Of a stretch of 62,862 bases of DNA, positions 39,546 through 48,198 are shown piece by piece. Positions within the stretch are counted from its first letter, which is position 1; each line of letters starts with the position of its first letter. Position numbers and translations under genes: made by a program. The stretch is from Gammaproteobacteria bacterium (GTDB lineage Bacteria; Pseudomonadota; Gammaproteobacteria; JAADJB01): contig JAADJB010000018.1 of assembly GCA_013151035.1 (NCBI GenBank), positions 1-62,862 of the forward strand, given 5' to 3'. The notes under the pieces were generated by a model that worked only from the letters and a program-made list of their open reading frames with translations, was not told the origin of the DNA and did not search any database.

Positions 39546-40074
39546 TCGGTTGTCTCTATTGATGTTGGTGATGGGGCTTGCTTCGTTACTGTTGGCACCT
39601 GCTCAGGCGAGTGATGAAAGCTGTATTAGCTGCCATTTACACAGCGAATTGAGTCAGGACTTTGCTGCGCCATTACATGATATCAAAACGCTGGCCGGAT
39701 TCCATGGCTATGTATTCAAACAAAGAGGGTCTGATGCCGATTGTCAGGTCTGCCATGAATCAGGTCAGACCAAGGGCGAACTCCCATCGGCACAGGTCTG
39801 CCTGACGTGTCACACCCGAGGCAAGTCGACACAGGGTGATCCTGATACGGTCTTTCATGCCGAAGAGAATCACTGGCCGATGGAAAAGGTGTCGTGTACC
39901 ACCTGCCATAAAGGTCACGTTGCCGGTAACAGGATAATTAAATTTATGACGGGTGATGCGATCAATGCCTGTCAGCAATGTCACAAGAAAAGTTTTAAGA
40001 CAATATCCGGTTTGGATAAAAGCGGTGAGCCGGCAACAGTGAATGAACCGGACAACCGTTATGGGCAAAATTAA
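39535..40074 (+). CDS. pentahaem cytochrome c, NrfB-like
   Basis: Signal peptide and five CxxCH motifs in about 179 aa. Confidence 0.7.
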   Translation: MRINRLSLLMLVMGLASLLLAPAQASDESCISCHLHSELSQDFAAPLHDIKTLAGFHGYVFKQRGSDADCQVCHESGQTKGELPSAQVCLTCHTRGKSTQGDPDTVFHAEENHWPMEKVSCTTCHKGHVAGNRIIKFMTGDAINACQQCHKKSFKTISGLDKSGEPATVNEPDNRYGQN

Positions 40075-40092
40075 GACAAGAGGTTATTGATA

Positions 40093-41394
40093 ATGAGTGC
40101 TACTGAGAATATGGCTGTTTTTGCAGTATCGCTGGATACTGTGTGGGTGATTATTGCGGCTGTTCTGGTCTTTATGATGAATGCCGGGTTTGGCATGTTG
40201 GAGGCGGGGCTTTGTCGGGCAAAGAATACGGTGAACATCTTTGCCAAGAACATTGTTATCTTTGCCATTGCCGGTTTGAGTTTCTGGCTGGTGGGCTTTG
40301 GTTTGATGTTTGGTGATGGTAATTCACTGATGGGGATGACCGGCTGGATGTTATCCGGTGTCGATAATAGCCCGGCGGTGGGTGACTATTATTATGGTGA
40401 TTATACTTCTCTTAGTTGGGCGGCCTTACCCCTGTATGCCAAGGTTCTATTTCAACTGATGTTTGTTGCTGCCTCAGCGCATATTGTCTCCGGTGCGGTA
40501 ACCGAGCGCATCAAGTTTTTCTCATTTATTGCCTTCTCTATAGTATTGGTTGCCATTATTTATCCGGTTGTTGGTCACTGGGCATGGGGTGGTGGTTGGT
40601 TGTCTGATCTGGGTTTTATTGATTTTGCCGGTAGTTCGGTGGTGCATTCTGTTGGTGGCTGGGCGGCACTAACAGGAACGATTATTCTGGGTGCGCGGGC
40701 AGGTAAATTTACCCGTGATGGCAGGGTGTCACCTATTCCGGGGCATAACCTGGCGATGGCGGCATTGGGCATGTTCCTGTTGTGGTTCGGTTGGTTTGGT
40801 TTTAATGCGGGCAGTGCAATGACAGCATCAAGTGGCGAGCTGATTGCCACAGTGGCACTCAACACAACGCTGGCGGCGGCAGCGGGTGTAATCAGTGCCT
40901 TGATTGCTGCCGAGGTGCTTATTGGTAAACCGGATATGAGTATGATTCTTAATGGTGCATTGGGTGGCCTGGTGGCGATTACAGCGGGTTGTGCCGAGGT
41001 TAGCACCAGTGGTGCCGTCATTATCGGACTTGTCTCCGGTGTGTTGGTGGTCTACTTTATTATGTTACTCGATAGACGGCGTATTGATGATCCTGTTGGT
41101 GCGGTGCCGGTGCATCTTGTCAACGGTATCTGGGGCACATTGGCTGTTGGTTTATTTAGCCTGAGTGAAGGCTTCTTTTATACCGGGGAGTTGTCATTGT
41201 TGACGACTCAGTTGATCGGGGTTGCTGCGATTGCGGTCTTTGCCGGGGGTGGTAGTTATCTTGTCTGGCACCTGGTCAGTCTGCTTTTGGGTGGCTTGCG
41301 TGTGAGTCAGGAAGAAGAACACATTGGTCTTGATATCAGTGAGCATGGTATGGAGGCCTATCCTAGTAGTTCAGGCCCCAGGGCTCTTTATTAA
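40093..41394 (+). CDS. amt: ammonium transporter (Amt family)
   Basis: 11 TM helices. Amt motifs ..DFAGSSVVHSVGGWAAL.. and twin-His region ..GLFS.. Confidence 0.9.
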   Translation: MSATENMAVFAVSLDTVWVIIAAVLVFMMNAGFGMLEAGLCRAKNTVNIFAKNIVIFAIAGLSFWLVGFGLMFGDGNSLMGMTGWMLSGVDNSPAVGDYYYGDYTSLSWAALPLYAKVLFQLMFVAASAHIVSGAVTERIKFFSFIAFSIVLVAIIYPVVGHWAWGGGWLSDLGFIDFAGSSVVHSVGGWAALTGTIILGARAGKFTRDGRVSPIPGHNLAMAALGMFLLWFGWFGFNAGSAMTASSGELIATVALNTTLAAAAGVISALIAAEVLIGKPDMSMILNGALGGLVAITAGCAEVSTSGAVIIGLVSGVLVVYFIMLLDRRRIDDPVGAVPVHLVNGIWGTLAVGLFSLSEGFFYTGELSLLTTQLIGVAAIAVFAGGGSYLVWHLVSLLLGGLRVSQEEEHIGLDISEHGMEAYPSSSGPRALY

Positions 41395-41417
41395 GCGGAT
41401 TTGGATGGAGAATTAAA

Positions 41418-42077
41418 ATGGGCTGGTTAATATTCTTTTTTTGCTGGATCTTGTTTCTTTGGCTTTATCACCATAGTGAGAAGAATAAGCAACTTCGTGC
41501 ACAGTCAATGCAAACGGAGAAGCATGTCGATTATGGTTCGGTAAAACGTGACTTTGATGAAAGCATGAAGTCATTTAATGATAGCGAGGGCTTCAAGGCG
41601 CGTTTGGCACATATTGATCGCGCCATTGGTCATCTTGAACAAATGGAAGAGATGCTGCCGGGGAAGGATTCAGCCTCCCAGCTATCTGAATTACTGTCAT
41701 TGAAACGGGGGCTCACGCATTCCGGTATCAAGGGACGGTTTCAGGAGTCTATGCGTAAGGCGCGCGAGACCACGAGTACCATTGCCAAGGTTAATCATGC
41801 CACCTCTGCACAGGCGATCCTGAGCGAAGGACTGGATATGGGTATTGATAAAGAGTTGTTGAGCGAAGAGATCGAAGAGGCGAATGACTTTATCAACCAG
41901 TTGCAATATGACGAGTATCTCGCCAAGGCAAGCAAGGAAGAGGCAAAGGGTAATACGAAAGGTGCCATTGATCAGTATCAGGTGGCACTGTACTTCCTGA
42001 AGATGGCGCATATAGGCAGTGAAAAGCAGGATGCGCTGGTGAATGAAATCGAGAGTAAGCTACAGAGTCTTTCCTGA
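41418..42077 (+). CDS. hypothetical protein with one N-terminal TM anchor and a helical soluble domain
   Basis: MGWLIFFFCWILFLWLY hydrophobic anchor; the rest is charged and helical. Confidence 0.45.
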   Translation: MGWLIFFFCWILFLWLYHHSEKNKQLRAQSMQTEKHVDYGSVKRDFDESMKSFNDSEGFKARLAHIDRAIGHLEQMEEMLPGKDSASQLSELLSLKRGLTHSGIKGRFQESMRKARETTSTIAKVNHATSAQAILSEGLDMGIDKELLSEEIEEANDFINQLQYDEYLAKASKEEAKGNTKGAIDQYQVALYFLKMAHIGSEKQDALVNEIESKLQSLS

Positions 42078-42147
42078 TCGGGGGCCCTGGGTGATATTTT
42101 TAAATGAAAAATAAAACAACGTATTAGTAATAAAAGTGGAGACAATC

Positions 42148-43590
42148 ATGGAAACCAATGAAACACGGGGCAAAATGAATAATTTTGGTGAGACGATGAA
42201 ACAGACCGGTCTTGCAAAGCCGACAGTATTGGGTGGTTTGTTTGCTGCCCTGTTATTTGCCGGTGCAATAGGCGGGCTGCTGGAAACCAATGAAGCGGGT
42301 ACTATTACGGTCAAACAGTCTGCGATGACGGGGGCAGTGGATATTATTTCCAAGCCGGGTTTGTTTTGTCAGTGTCTTGGTTCGGTGACAAAATATCCTG
42401 AGGCGGGTACCGTCAAGTTTGCCCAGGCCGATCAAATAAAAGGGCCTAATGGCACCATGATCGAGCGACCGGGCCGGAGTAAGGAGAAAGATCCTTCCCT
42501 ATCCAGTGAGATCGAGGTACGATTTAATGATGGTGGTCTGGGCTGGATCTCGGTGATGACAATGTTTGATCTACCAGCTGATCGAAGCAAATTAAGACTT
42601 GTTCACAAGAAGTTTCGGGATTATAACAATCTGCTTGAGATGGGTGTCAAACCGACTATTGAAGAGTCTGTAGTATTAACGGCTGCCTTGATGAATTCGG
42701 GTGAGTCGTATACCACTAAACGAGCCATCTTCTCTGAATGGGCCAAGGATCAATTGACTCAGGGTACTTATATGACAGAAGAGGTTGCTCGTTCTGATCA
42801 GGGTACATTGGGTGGTGCGATGGAAAACAATGTTGTCAGGGTTAAGGTAAAGGATGGTGCAAAACTGAGAAACGAGGACCCTCTAGCACGTTACGGGATC
42901 AAGTTTAAACAGTTCCAGATTACCAATATTCGTTATGAGGCAGAGACCGAGAGTCTTATCAAGATCAAGCGTAATGCACTGCAACAGACCATCGTAGCCA
43001 GGATCGCAGCAGAGCGTGCCAAGCAGGAACGTCTGGCGGCTGAAGAGTTTGGTAAGAAGAAGGTCAAGATTGCTGAATATGAAGGCATGGTAAAGAAGAA
43101 AAAGGCCGAGGTTGCAGCGGAAGAAGAAAAGAGTGTTGCTATCATCAATGCCGAACGTAAGTTGGCAGTGGCCAAGGTAATGAAGCAGAAGGATCTGGGT
43201 GCGGCTAATAAAAAGGTTGCGCTGGCGAAACTGGAAAAGGAAAAGGCCATTATTACTGCTGATAAGGGTGTTAAGGTTGCCAAGTTAAATGTTGATGCCG
43301 CGAAGTATAATAAGCGGGCTCAAATCCTTGAGGGTGAAGGCGTGAGTGAGCAAAGACGGCTCATCTACAAGGCTGATGGCGCGCTGGAACAGAAGCTGGA
43401 TGCCTACGTGAAGGTGATGACGGTATTGTCCAAGGAACTGGGCAAGCAGAAATGGGTGCCTGATATTGTTATGAATGGTAGTGGTAATGGTGGTGCTGAT
43501 CAGGGTAATGCGGCTGCTGGGTTTATGAACCTGTGGATGATGAAGGCAGCGAAGGATCTTGATGTTGAGCTGACGGCTAAGAAGAAGTAA
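42148..43590 (+). CDS. SPFH/band-7 domain protein, flotillin-like (YqiK-like), with a long Ala/Lys/Glu-rich coiled-coil
   Basis: N-terminal membrane segment, SPFH-like core and an EA/KA-rich repeat region. Start taken at the ATG with an upstream GGAG. Confidence 0.65.
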   Translation: METNETRGKMNNFGETMKQTGLAKPTVLGGLFAALLFAGAIGGLLETNEAGTITVKQSAMTGAVDIISKPGLFCQCLGSVTKYPEAGTVKFAQADQIKGPNGTMIERPGRSKEKDPSLSSEIEVRFNDGGLGWISVMTMFDLPADRSKLRLVHKKFRDYNNLLEMGVKPTIEESVVLTAALMNSGESYTTKRAIFSEWAKDQLTQGTYMTEEVARSDQGTLGGAMENNVVRVKVKDGAKLRNEDPLARYGIKFKQFQITNIRYEAETESLIKIKRNALQQTIVARIAAERAKQERLAAEEFGKKKVKIAEYEGMVKKKKAEVAAEEEKSVAIINAERKLAVAKVMKQKDLGAANKKVALAKLEKEKAIITADKGVKVAKLNVDAAKYNKRAQILEGEGVSEQRRLIYKADGALEQKLDAYVKVMTVLSKELGKQKWVPDIVMNGSGNGGADQGNAAAGFMNLWMMKAAKDLDVELTAKKK

Positions 43591-43615
43591 TTTTCTTTAT
43601 TACTGTTGTTAGTGA

Positions 43616-43646
43616 AGATGCCCGCATAAGCGGGCATTTTTTATTT
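43616..43646 (+). terminator. rho-independent terminator
   Basis: atgcccgc ataa gcgggcat followed by tttttt. Confidence 0.65.
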
Positions 43647-43663
43647 GCTTGAGAAAATATAGG

Positions 43664-43853
43664 TCTGGTAAGTTCGAGACCGGGGCTGGCTCCTCTCTAT
43701 CAGAGACACGCCGTGAATACATCCTCGGCAATTGCTCCTGCATTGCTCTACCTACCTACATCCATGTAGGCGTGTAGGCTCCACGCCCGCGTCCATGCGG
43801 GCAAGGGTCTCTGATAGAGAGGAGTCACCCCCGGTCTCTTGAGTTAACGGAAC
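43664..43853. repeat. MITE-like element, copy C (carries an extra ~60-bp internal insert)
   Basis: Outer arms ggtaagttcgagac/gtctcttgagttaacgg, a 32-bp inner inverted repeat, and the conserved core ccacgcccgcgtccatgcgggcaagggtctctgatag. Confidence 0.8.
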
Positions 43854-43906
43854 CTGGGGACTGACCTTTCTCGTTCCCATGCTCCCGCGTGGGAATGCAT
43901 AGCAAG

Positions 43907-44869
43907 TCAACGCGGCTGTATGCGATGAAGATGCTGGGCTACAGCAATCCAGGCTCCGATCAAACCCAATAGCGTCCCCAGACCCAACAGCGCCAGTCCC
44001 CAGCTCAGACTCATGCCGGAGAGTTGAAAGGCGCTGTGATAGAGCTCAGTCAGTGCTTGTACGGGTGTACTGAGTAACCAGAAGCTGATGCCGATCATGA
44101 TCCAGGCGAGTAGTGCCCCGAGTAGACCATACCAGAGCCCGGTGTAGAGAAACGGGCGACGAATAAAGGCGTTGGTGGCACCGATCAGTTGAGTGATCTC
44201 GATCTCTTCATGGCGACTCTGAATCTCCAGGCGGATGATGTTGCCGGTGACCAGCAATACTGCAAGCCCCAACAAGCTACCAATAATAAGAATAATGCGC
44301 TCAAAAATAGCCAATATTGCCGACAGGCGTTTGACCCATTCCAGATCCAGTTGTGCCAGATCAACCTCGGGGCGTTGTTGTAGTCGTTGCAACAGGGACT
44401 GGCTTAGATAGCGATCAAGATCACCGGGTTGTAGTACCAGTACCGTGGGTAGAGGATTTTTATTCAGTTGCTGAATGAGATTGCCAAGGCCGGGGTATTG
44501 TTGAAATTCTTCCAGTGCCTGTTGTTTGGTGATAATCCTGACCTGTTCGATCTCCGGCCATGAATGAATCTCGCCAGCCAGTTTTCTAGCCTGTTGTTCG
44601 GTGACGGTTTGTTTCAGAAATAGTGAGATGCTGGTGGCACCATCCCAGTTAATCTGTGCCTGTTTCAGATTGTCGAGCAGGATCAGCATGGCACCGGGCA
44701 GGGCAAGGGTGATGGCAATAACGGCAATGGTCAATAGACTGGCGATAGGTTTTAGCCAGAGTCGACCGAGGCTGCTAATGAGTGTTTGGGCATGACGCAG
44801 TAGATAGTTGCGTAATATGTCTTTAAGGCTACGCACGGGTTTACGAGTAGAGGGCTTCTTTTTTTTCAT
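43907..44869 (-). CDS. ftsX: cell-division ABC transporter permease FtsX
   Basis: About 320 aa: N-terminal cytoplasmic segment, periplasmic loop, C-terminal 3-TM bundle. Overlaps the ftsE stop. Confidence 0.9.
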   Translation of the reverse strand: MKKKKPSTRKPVRSLKDILRNYLLRHAQTLISSLGRLWLKPIASLLTIAVIAITLALPGAMLILLDNLKQAQINWDGATSISLFLKQTVTEQQARKLAGEIHSWPEIEQVRIITKQQALEEFQQYPGLGNLIQQLNKNPLPTVLVLQPGDLDRYLSQSLLQRLQQRPEVDLAQLDLEWVKRLSAILAIFERIILIIGSLLGLAVLLVTGNIIRLEIQSRHEEIEITQLIGATNAFIRRPFLYTGLWYGLLGALLAWIMIGISFWLLSTPVQALTELYHSAFQLSGMSLSWGLALLGLGTLLGLIGAWIAVAQHLHRIQPR

Positions 44870-45540
44870 GGAATAAAGCGATCCTCAGGATGAATAAGCT
44901 GCCCCTGATCCAAGGTTAATATGTTGTGATGCATCTGTGCGATCAGGGCGAGATCGTGGGATGCGATCAGGGTCGTCACACCCACCTGGGAGAATTGTTC
45001 GAATAAACCCATGATCTCGCGCGATAGTTCAGGATCAAGATTACCGGTAGGCTCATCAGCAATCAGGATGCGGGGCTTGTGTACCACGGCACGGGCAATA
45101 CCCACTCGTTGTTGCTCACCACCCGACAGGCTGATGGGTTGTTTACGCTCCTTATCCAATAGACCCACCTTGTCCAGTGCGGCGCGTACTCGGCGTGCAA
45201 TATCCTGATGTCGGAAGCCTGCGATAATCAGGGGCAGAGCCACATTATCAAATACCGTGCGATCCATTAACAGGCGATGATTCTGAAATATGATGCCGAT
45301 CTTACGCCTTAGGTAAGGGATCTTGCGTGCAGGGATGCGACTAAGGTTATCACCATCAACAATCAATTGTCCGCGTGTGGGGCGATCGAGCAGGGCGATG
45401 AGGCGTAATAGTGTGCTTTTACCGGCACCTGAGTGGCCGGTTAGAAAACTGAGGCTACCCTTATCCAGAAACAGGTTGATCCCGCTCAGAGCCTCGGGGC
45501 CATTATTATAGCGTTTGCATATGTTGGAAAAGCGGATCAT
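44866..45540 (-). CDS. ftsE: cell-division ATP-binding protein FtsE
   Basis: Walker [19 protein letters not shown] signature, [12 protein letters not shown]. Confidence 0.95.
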   Translation of the reverse strand: MIRFSNICKRYNNGPEALSGINLFLDKGSLSFLTGHSGAGKSTLLRLIALLDRPTRGQLIVDGDNLSRIPARKIPYLRRKIGIIFQNHRLLMDRTVFDNVALPLIIAGFRHQDIARRVRAALDKVGLLDKERKQPISLSGGEQQRVGIARAVVHKPRILIADEPTGNLDPELSREIMGLFEQFSQVGVTTLIASHDLALIAQMHHNILTLDQGQLIHPEDRFIP

Positions 45541-46532
45541 TCCTGTTCAAAGAGTGCCTGAATGAATTCATCAGCATGAAACTCACGTAGATCCTCGATG
45601 GCTTCACCGACACCAATAAAACGAATAGGGATGCTCAGGCGTTCCGCAATAGCGAAGATGACACCACCCTTGGCAGTGCCATCCAGTTTGGTAATGGTGA
45701 TCCCGGTGAGTCCCATAGCCGCATGGAATTGAGTGGCCTGATTGATGGCATTTTGACCCGTACCCGCATCCAGCACCAACATCACCTCATGGGGTGCATT
45801 GGCATCCAGCTTCTGTAACACACGCTTGAGTTTTTTCAGTTCTTCCATCAGGTTCGATTGGGTATGTAGACGACCCGCAGTATCCGCGATCAGGATATCG
45901 ATGTTTTTAGACTGTGCCGATTGCAGGGCATCGTAGAGCACCGATGCCGAATCAGCTCCCTGATGTTGAGCCACCACCGGGATGTCATTGCGTTCGCCCC
46001 AGCTCTGTAGTTGTTCCACCGCAGCTGCCCGAAAGGTATCACCGGCAGCCAGCATCACGCTTTTACCCTGATCCTGGAAACGGCGCGCCAGCTTGCCAAT
46101 GGTGGTGGTCTTGCCAGCGCCATTAATCCCGATCATTAACAGGACAAAGGTACCATTGCTGGTGTCGATATTCAGAGGTATCGTGCAGGGTGTGAGGATC
46201 GCCTGCATATCCTCACGCAGGGCAGACATTAAGCTGTCGGCATCCTTGAGTTGTTTGCGTGCAACGCGTTGGGTCAGATCCTTGAGGATGCGCTGGGTTG
46301 CTTCAATACCAATATCCGCAACCAGTAATTGAGTCTCAAGATCCTCCAGTAGTTCATCGTCAATCTCCTTGTGACCCAGCACAAGGTTAGATATGCCCTC
46401 AACCAGCCCGCTACGGGTTTTGGATAGCCCGTCCCGCAAGCGACCAAAAAGGCCTTTTTTGGGCTTTTCTGGCTCTGTACTTGGTGTTACAGCCGTCTCT
46501 TCAGGGTCTTTTTTACGCTTGAAGCCAAACAT
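45537..46532 (-). CDS. ftsY: signal-recognition-particle receptor FtsY
   Basis: NG domain GINGAGKTTTIGKLA, DTAGR, TKLDGTAKGG. Confidence 0.9.
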   Translation of the reverse strand: MFGFKRKKDPEETAVTPSTEPEKPKKGLFGRLRDGLSKTRSGLVEGISNLVLGHKEIDDELLEDLETQLLVADIGIEATQRILKDLTQRVARKQLKDADSLMSALREDMQAILTPCTIPLNIDTSNGTFVLLMIGINGAGKTTTIGKLARRFQDQGKSVMLAAGDTFRAAAVEQLQSWGERNDIPVVAQHQGADSASVLYDALQSAQSKNIDILIADTAGRLHTQSNLMEELKKLKRVLQKLDANAPHEVMLVLDAGTGQNAINQATQFHAAMGLTGITITKLDGTAKGGVIFAIAERLSIPIRFIGVGEAIEDLREFHADEFIQALFEQE

Positions 46533-46749
46533 GGAAACTCTAACCTGTCGTTGAAGTAATGGTAGCTATGATAACAGCAAGTATCTTTATAATATATCCA
46601 CCTGCCATGCTTGTTTTTCTTTGGGCTTAACTAAGAATCAGTAAAAATAATTTGACCTGAATCTGGATTAACTTAATGTGTTAAAATAAAGCGTACAAAG
46701 GCACACTAGTATTAAGTTGAAATGTAACAAAAACAAGGGGAATCCTTAC

Positions 46750-47154
46750 ATGAATCAATACCGTTGGGTATCAATTTTTATTCTTATCTTATCTACAAAT
46801 GTATATTCATATCAATCTAAAGTTGAAATTGTAGAGCAATTTGATGATTTAAAGATGGTCGCATTTATAAGCAAAGAATATATTAATAACAGTCCTGAAT
46901 GGATTCCAGGTAAAACAGCTCTTCCTTTGACTGTTGCCGATGCTATTAAAGCGGTCAATGATTTTAACAAAGATGAAAATAAAGTAGATGTTATAAGTGA
47001 AATAGAAATAAGAAAAATACCAAAACATAAGAAACACTGGCACTATTTAATTAAAGTTGCTAACAAGGCCATGAAATTAAAATATAATATTTATGTGGTA
47101 TTAATGAGTGGTAAGGTTGTTCCAGCAATGATTCAACCACAATCTTATAAATGA
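46750..47154 (+). CDS. hypothetical secreted protein (AT-rich)
   Basis: Signal-peptide-like N-terminus. Followed by a strong terminator. Confidence 0.4.
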   Translation: MNQYRWVSIFILILSTNVYSYQSKVEIVEQFDDLKMVAFISKEYINNSPEWIPGKTALPLTVADAIKAVNDFNKDENKVDVISEIEIRKIPKHKKHWHYLIKVANKAMKLKYNIYVVLMSGKVVPAMIQPQSYK

Positions 47155-47165
47155 CCGGTTATAAA

Positions 47166-47207
47166 AAGGGGACGGAGGGATTAAATAATCCTCTGTCCCT
47201 TTTTTTT
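47166..47207 (+). terminator. rho-independent terminator
   Basis: gggacggaggg ... ccctctgtccc followed by tttttttt. Confidence 0.65.
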
Positions 47208-47226
47208 AAAACACAGGGTATTTTAA

Positions 47227-47658
47227 ATGGATTACGAGAAGCGCGAAGAAAATCGCGAAGAGATAAGAAAAGCCAACGAATGCTTGTTAATGGAGTTTGA
47301 AGCGTGGCTAAAATCATCAGGTCTGTCGGAAAAGACGATAAATAATCATGTTTCGAATATTGATTTCTACGTAAACGACTATCTGTTGTACGATGATATA
47401 ACTGAGGCAAAAGATGGTGCATCCTCTGTAAGCATGTTTCTTGGATATTGGTTCATAAAAAAGGCGATGTGGGCAAGTCGGTCAACTATTAAGGGCAACG
47501 CAACAAGTCTCAAAAAGTTTTATACCTTTATGCATGAGAAGAAGCAGATAGATAAAGAAGACCTTAGTGACTTAAAAGAAGTGATAAAAGAAGATATGTC
47601 TGAATGGTTAGCAAGCTTGGAACGCTATGATGATCCATCAGTTGAGGAAGTTTGGTGA
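47227..47658 (+). CDS. hypothetical protein resembling a tyrosine-recombinase N-terminal SAM-like (core-binding) domain; probable orphan fragment
   Basis: ..FEAWLKSSGLSEKTINNHVSNIDFYVNDYL.. resembles integrase CB domains. No catalytic domain follows. Confidence 0.35.
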   Translation: MDYEKREENREEIRKANECLLMEFEAWLKSSGLSEKTINNHVSNIDFYVNDYLLYDDITEAKDGASSVSMFLGYWFIKKAMWASRSTIKGNATSLKKFYTFMHEKKQIDKEDLSDLKEVIKEDMSEWLASLERYDDPSVEEVW

Positions 47659-47877
47659 TGTGGCGTATGACATGGGGCTGGTTACAATCATCGCAATAAT
47701 TATTGTATGAGTTTCTATGAAAGCTAAAACATTTAGGTGTTACACGTCAATCTATTATAAAAGTTTGGTTGGCGGAGCGCTTAGAAAAAATAGCGTCTAA
47801 ATAACTGGCGACTGTATGTGGTAGGGACGATGAGTTTTATAAAATTAATTAACACCAATCAGGATGTTGGAAATATG

Positions 47878-48090
47878 ATGATAAATATAGGTCGATTGAT
47901 AGTGTTTTCAGCCATTGTTTCGGGTATTGGCTGTTCCAGTGGGGAAGACAAGGTGGCTCCGGAAAAAACGGTCAGTGAACCTGTTTTTCAAGGTCAGATT
48001 CAGGCGCTTGAAAAAGCAAAAGAGCTTGAGTTGATGATTAAAAATGAAGCAGAGAAGCGTCGTCAGGCGATAAAAGAAGGTAGTAATTAA
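47878..48090 (+). CDS. small putative lipoprotein
   Basis: Signal peptide plus ..SGIGCSS lipobox-like motif. Confidence 0.35.
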   Translation: MINIGRLIVFSAIVSGIGCSSGEDKVAPEKTVSEPVFQGQIQALEKAKELELMIKNEAEKRRQAIKEGSN

Positions 48091-48198
48091 GCTTCTGGCG
48101 GTTGTGATATGCGTGTAGTGCATAGTGGTAGCAGGGAACTTCTGATTATTCGGGTGTCATTACTATTTCATGGGTATTTTTTACTAAGGTGATATTGA

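Noticed and set aside
40071-41164. ORFs overlapping amt on both strands (40071-40268 -, 40416-40607 +, 40575-41021 -, 40952-41164 +)
   Set aside because: They are shadow frames of a GC-rich membrane-protein gene.
16852-43853. Possibility that the repeated elements form a CRISPR array
   Set aside because: The copies are dispersed and separated by whole genes. They have internal nested palindromes, no regular spacer periodicity and no cas genes.
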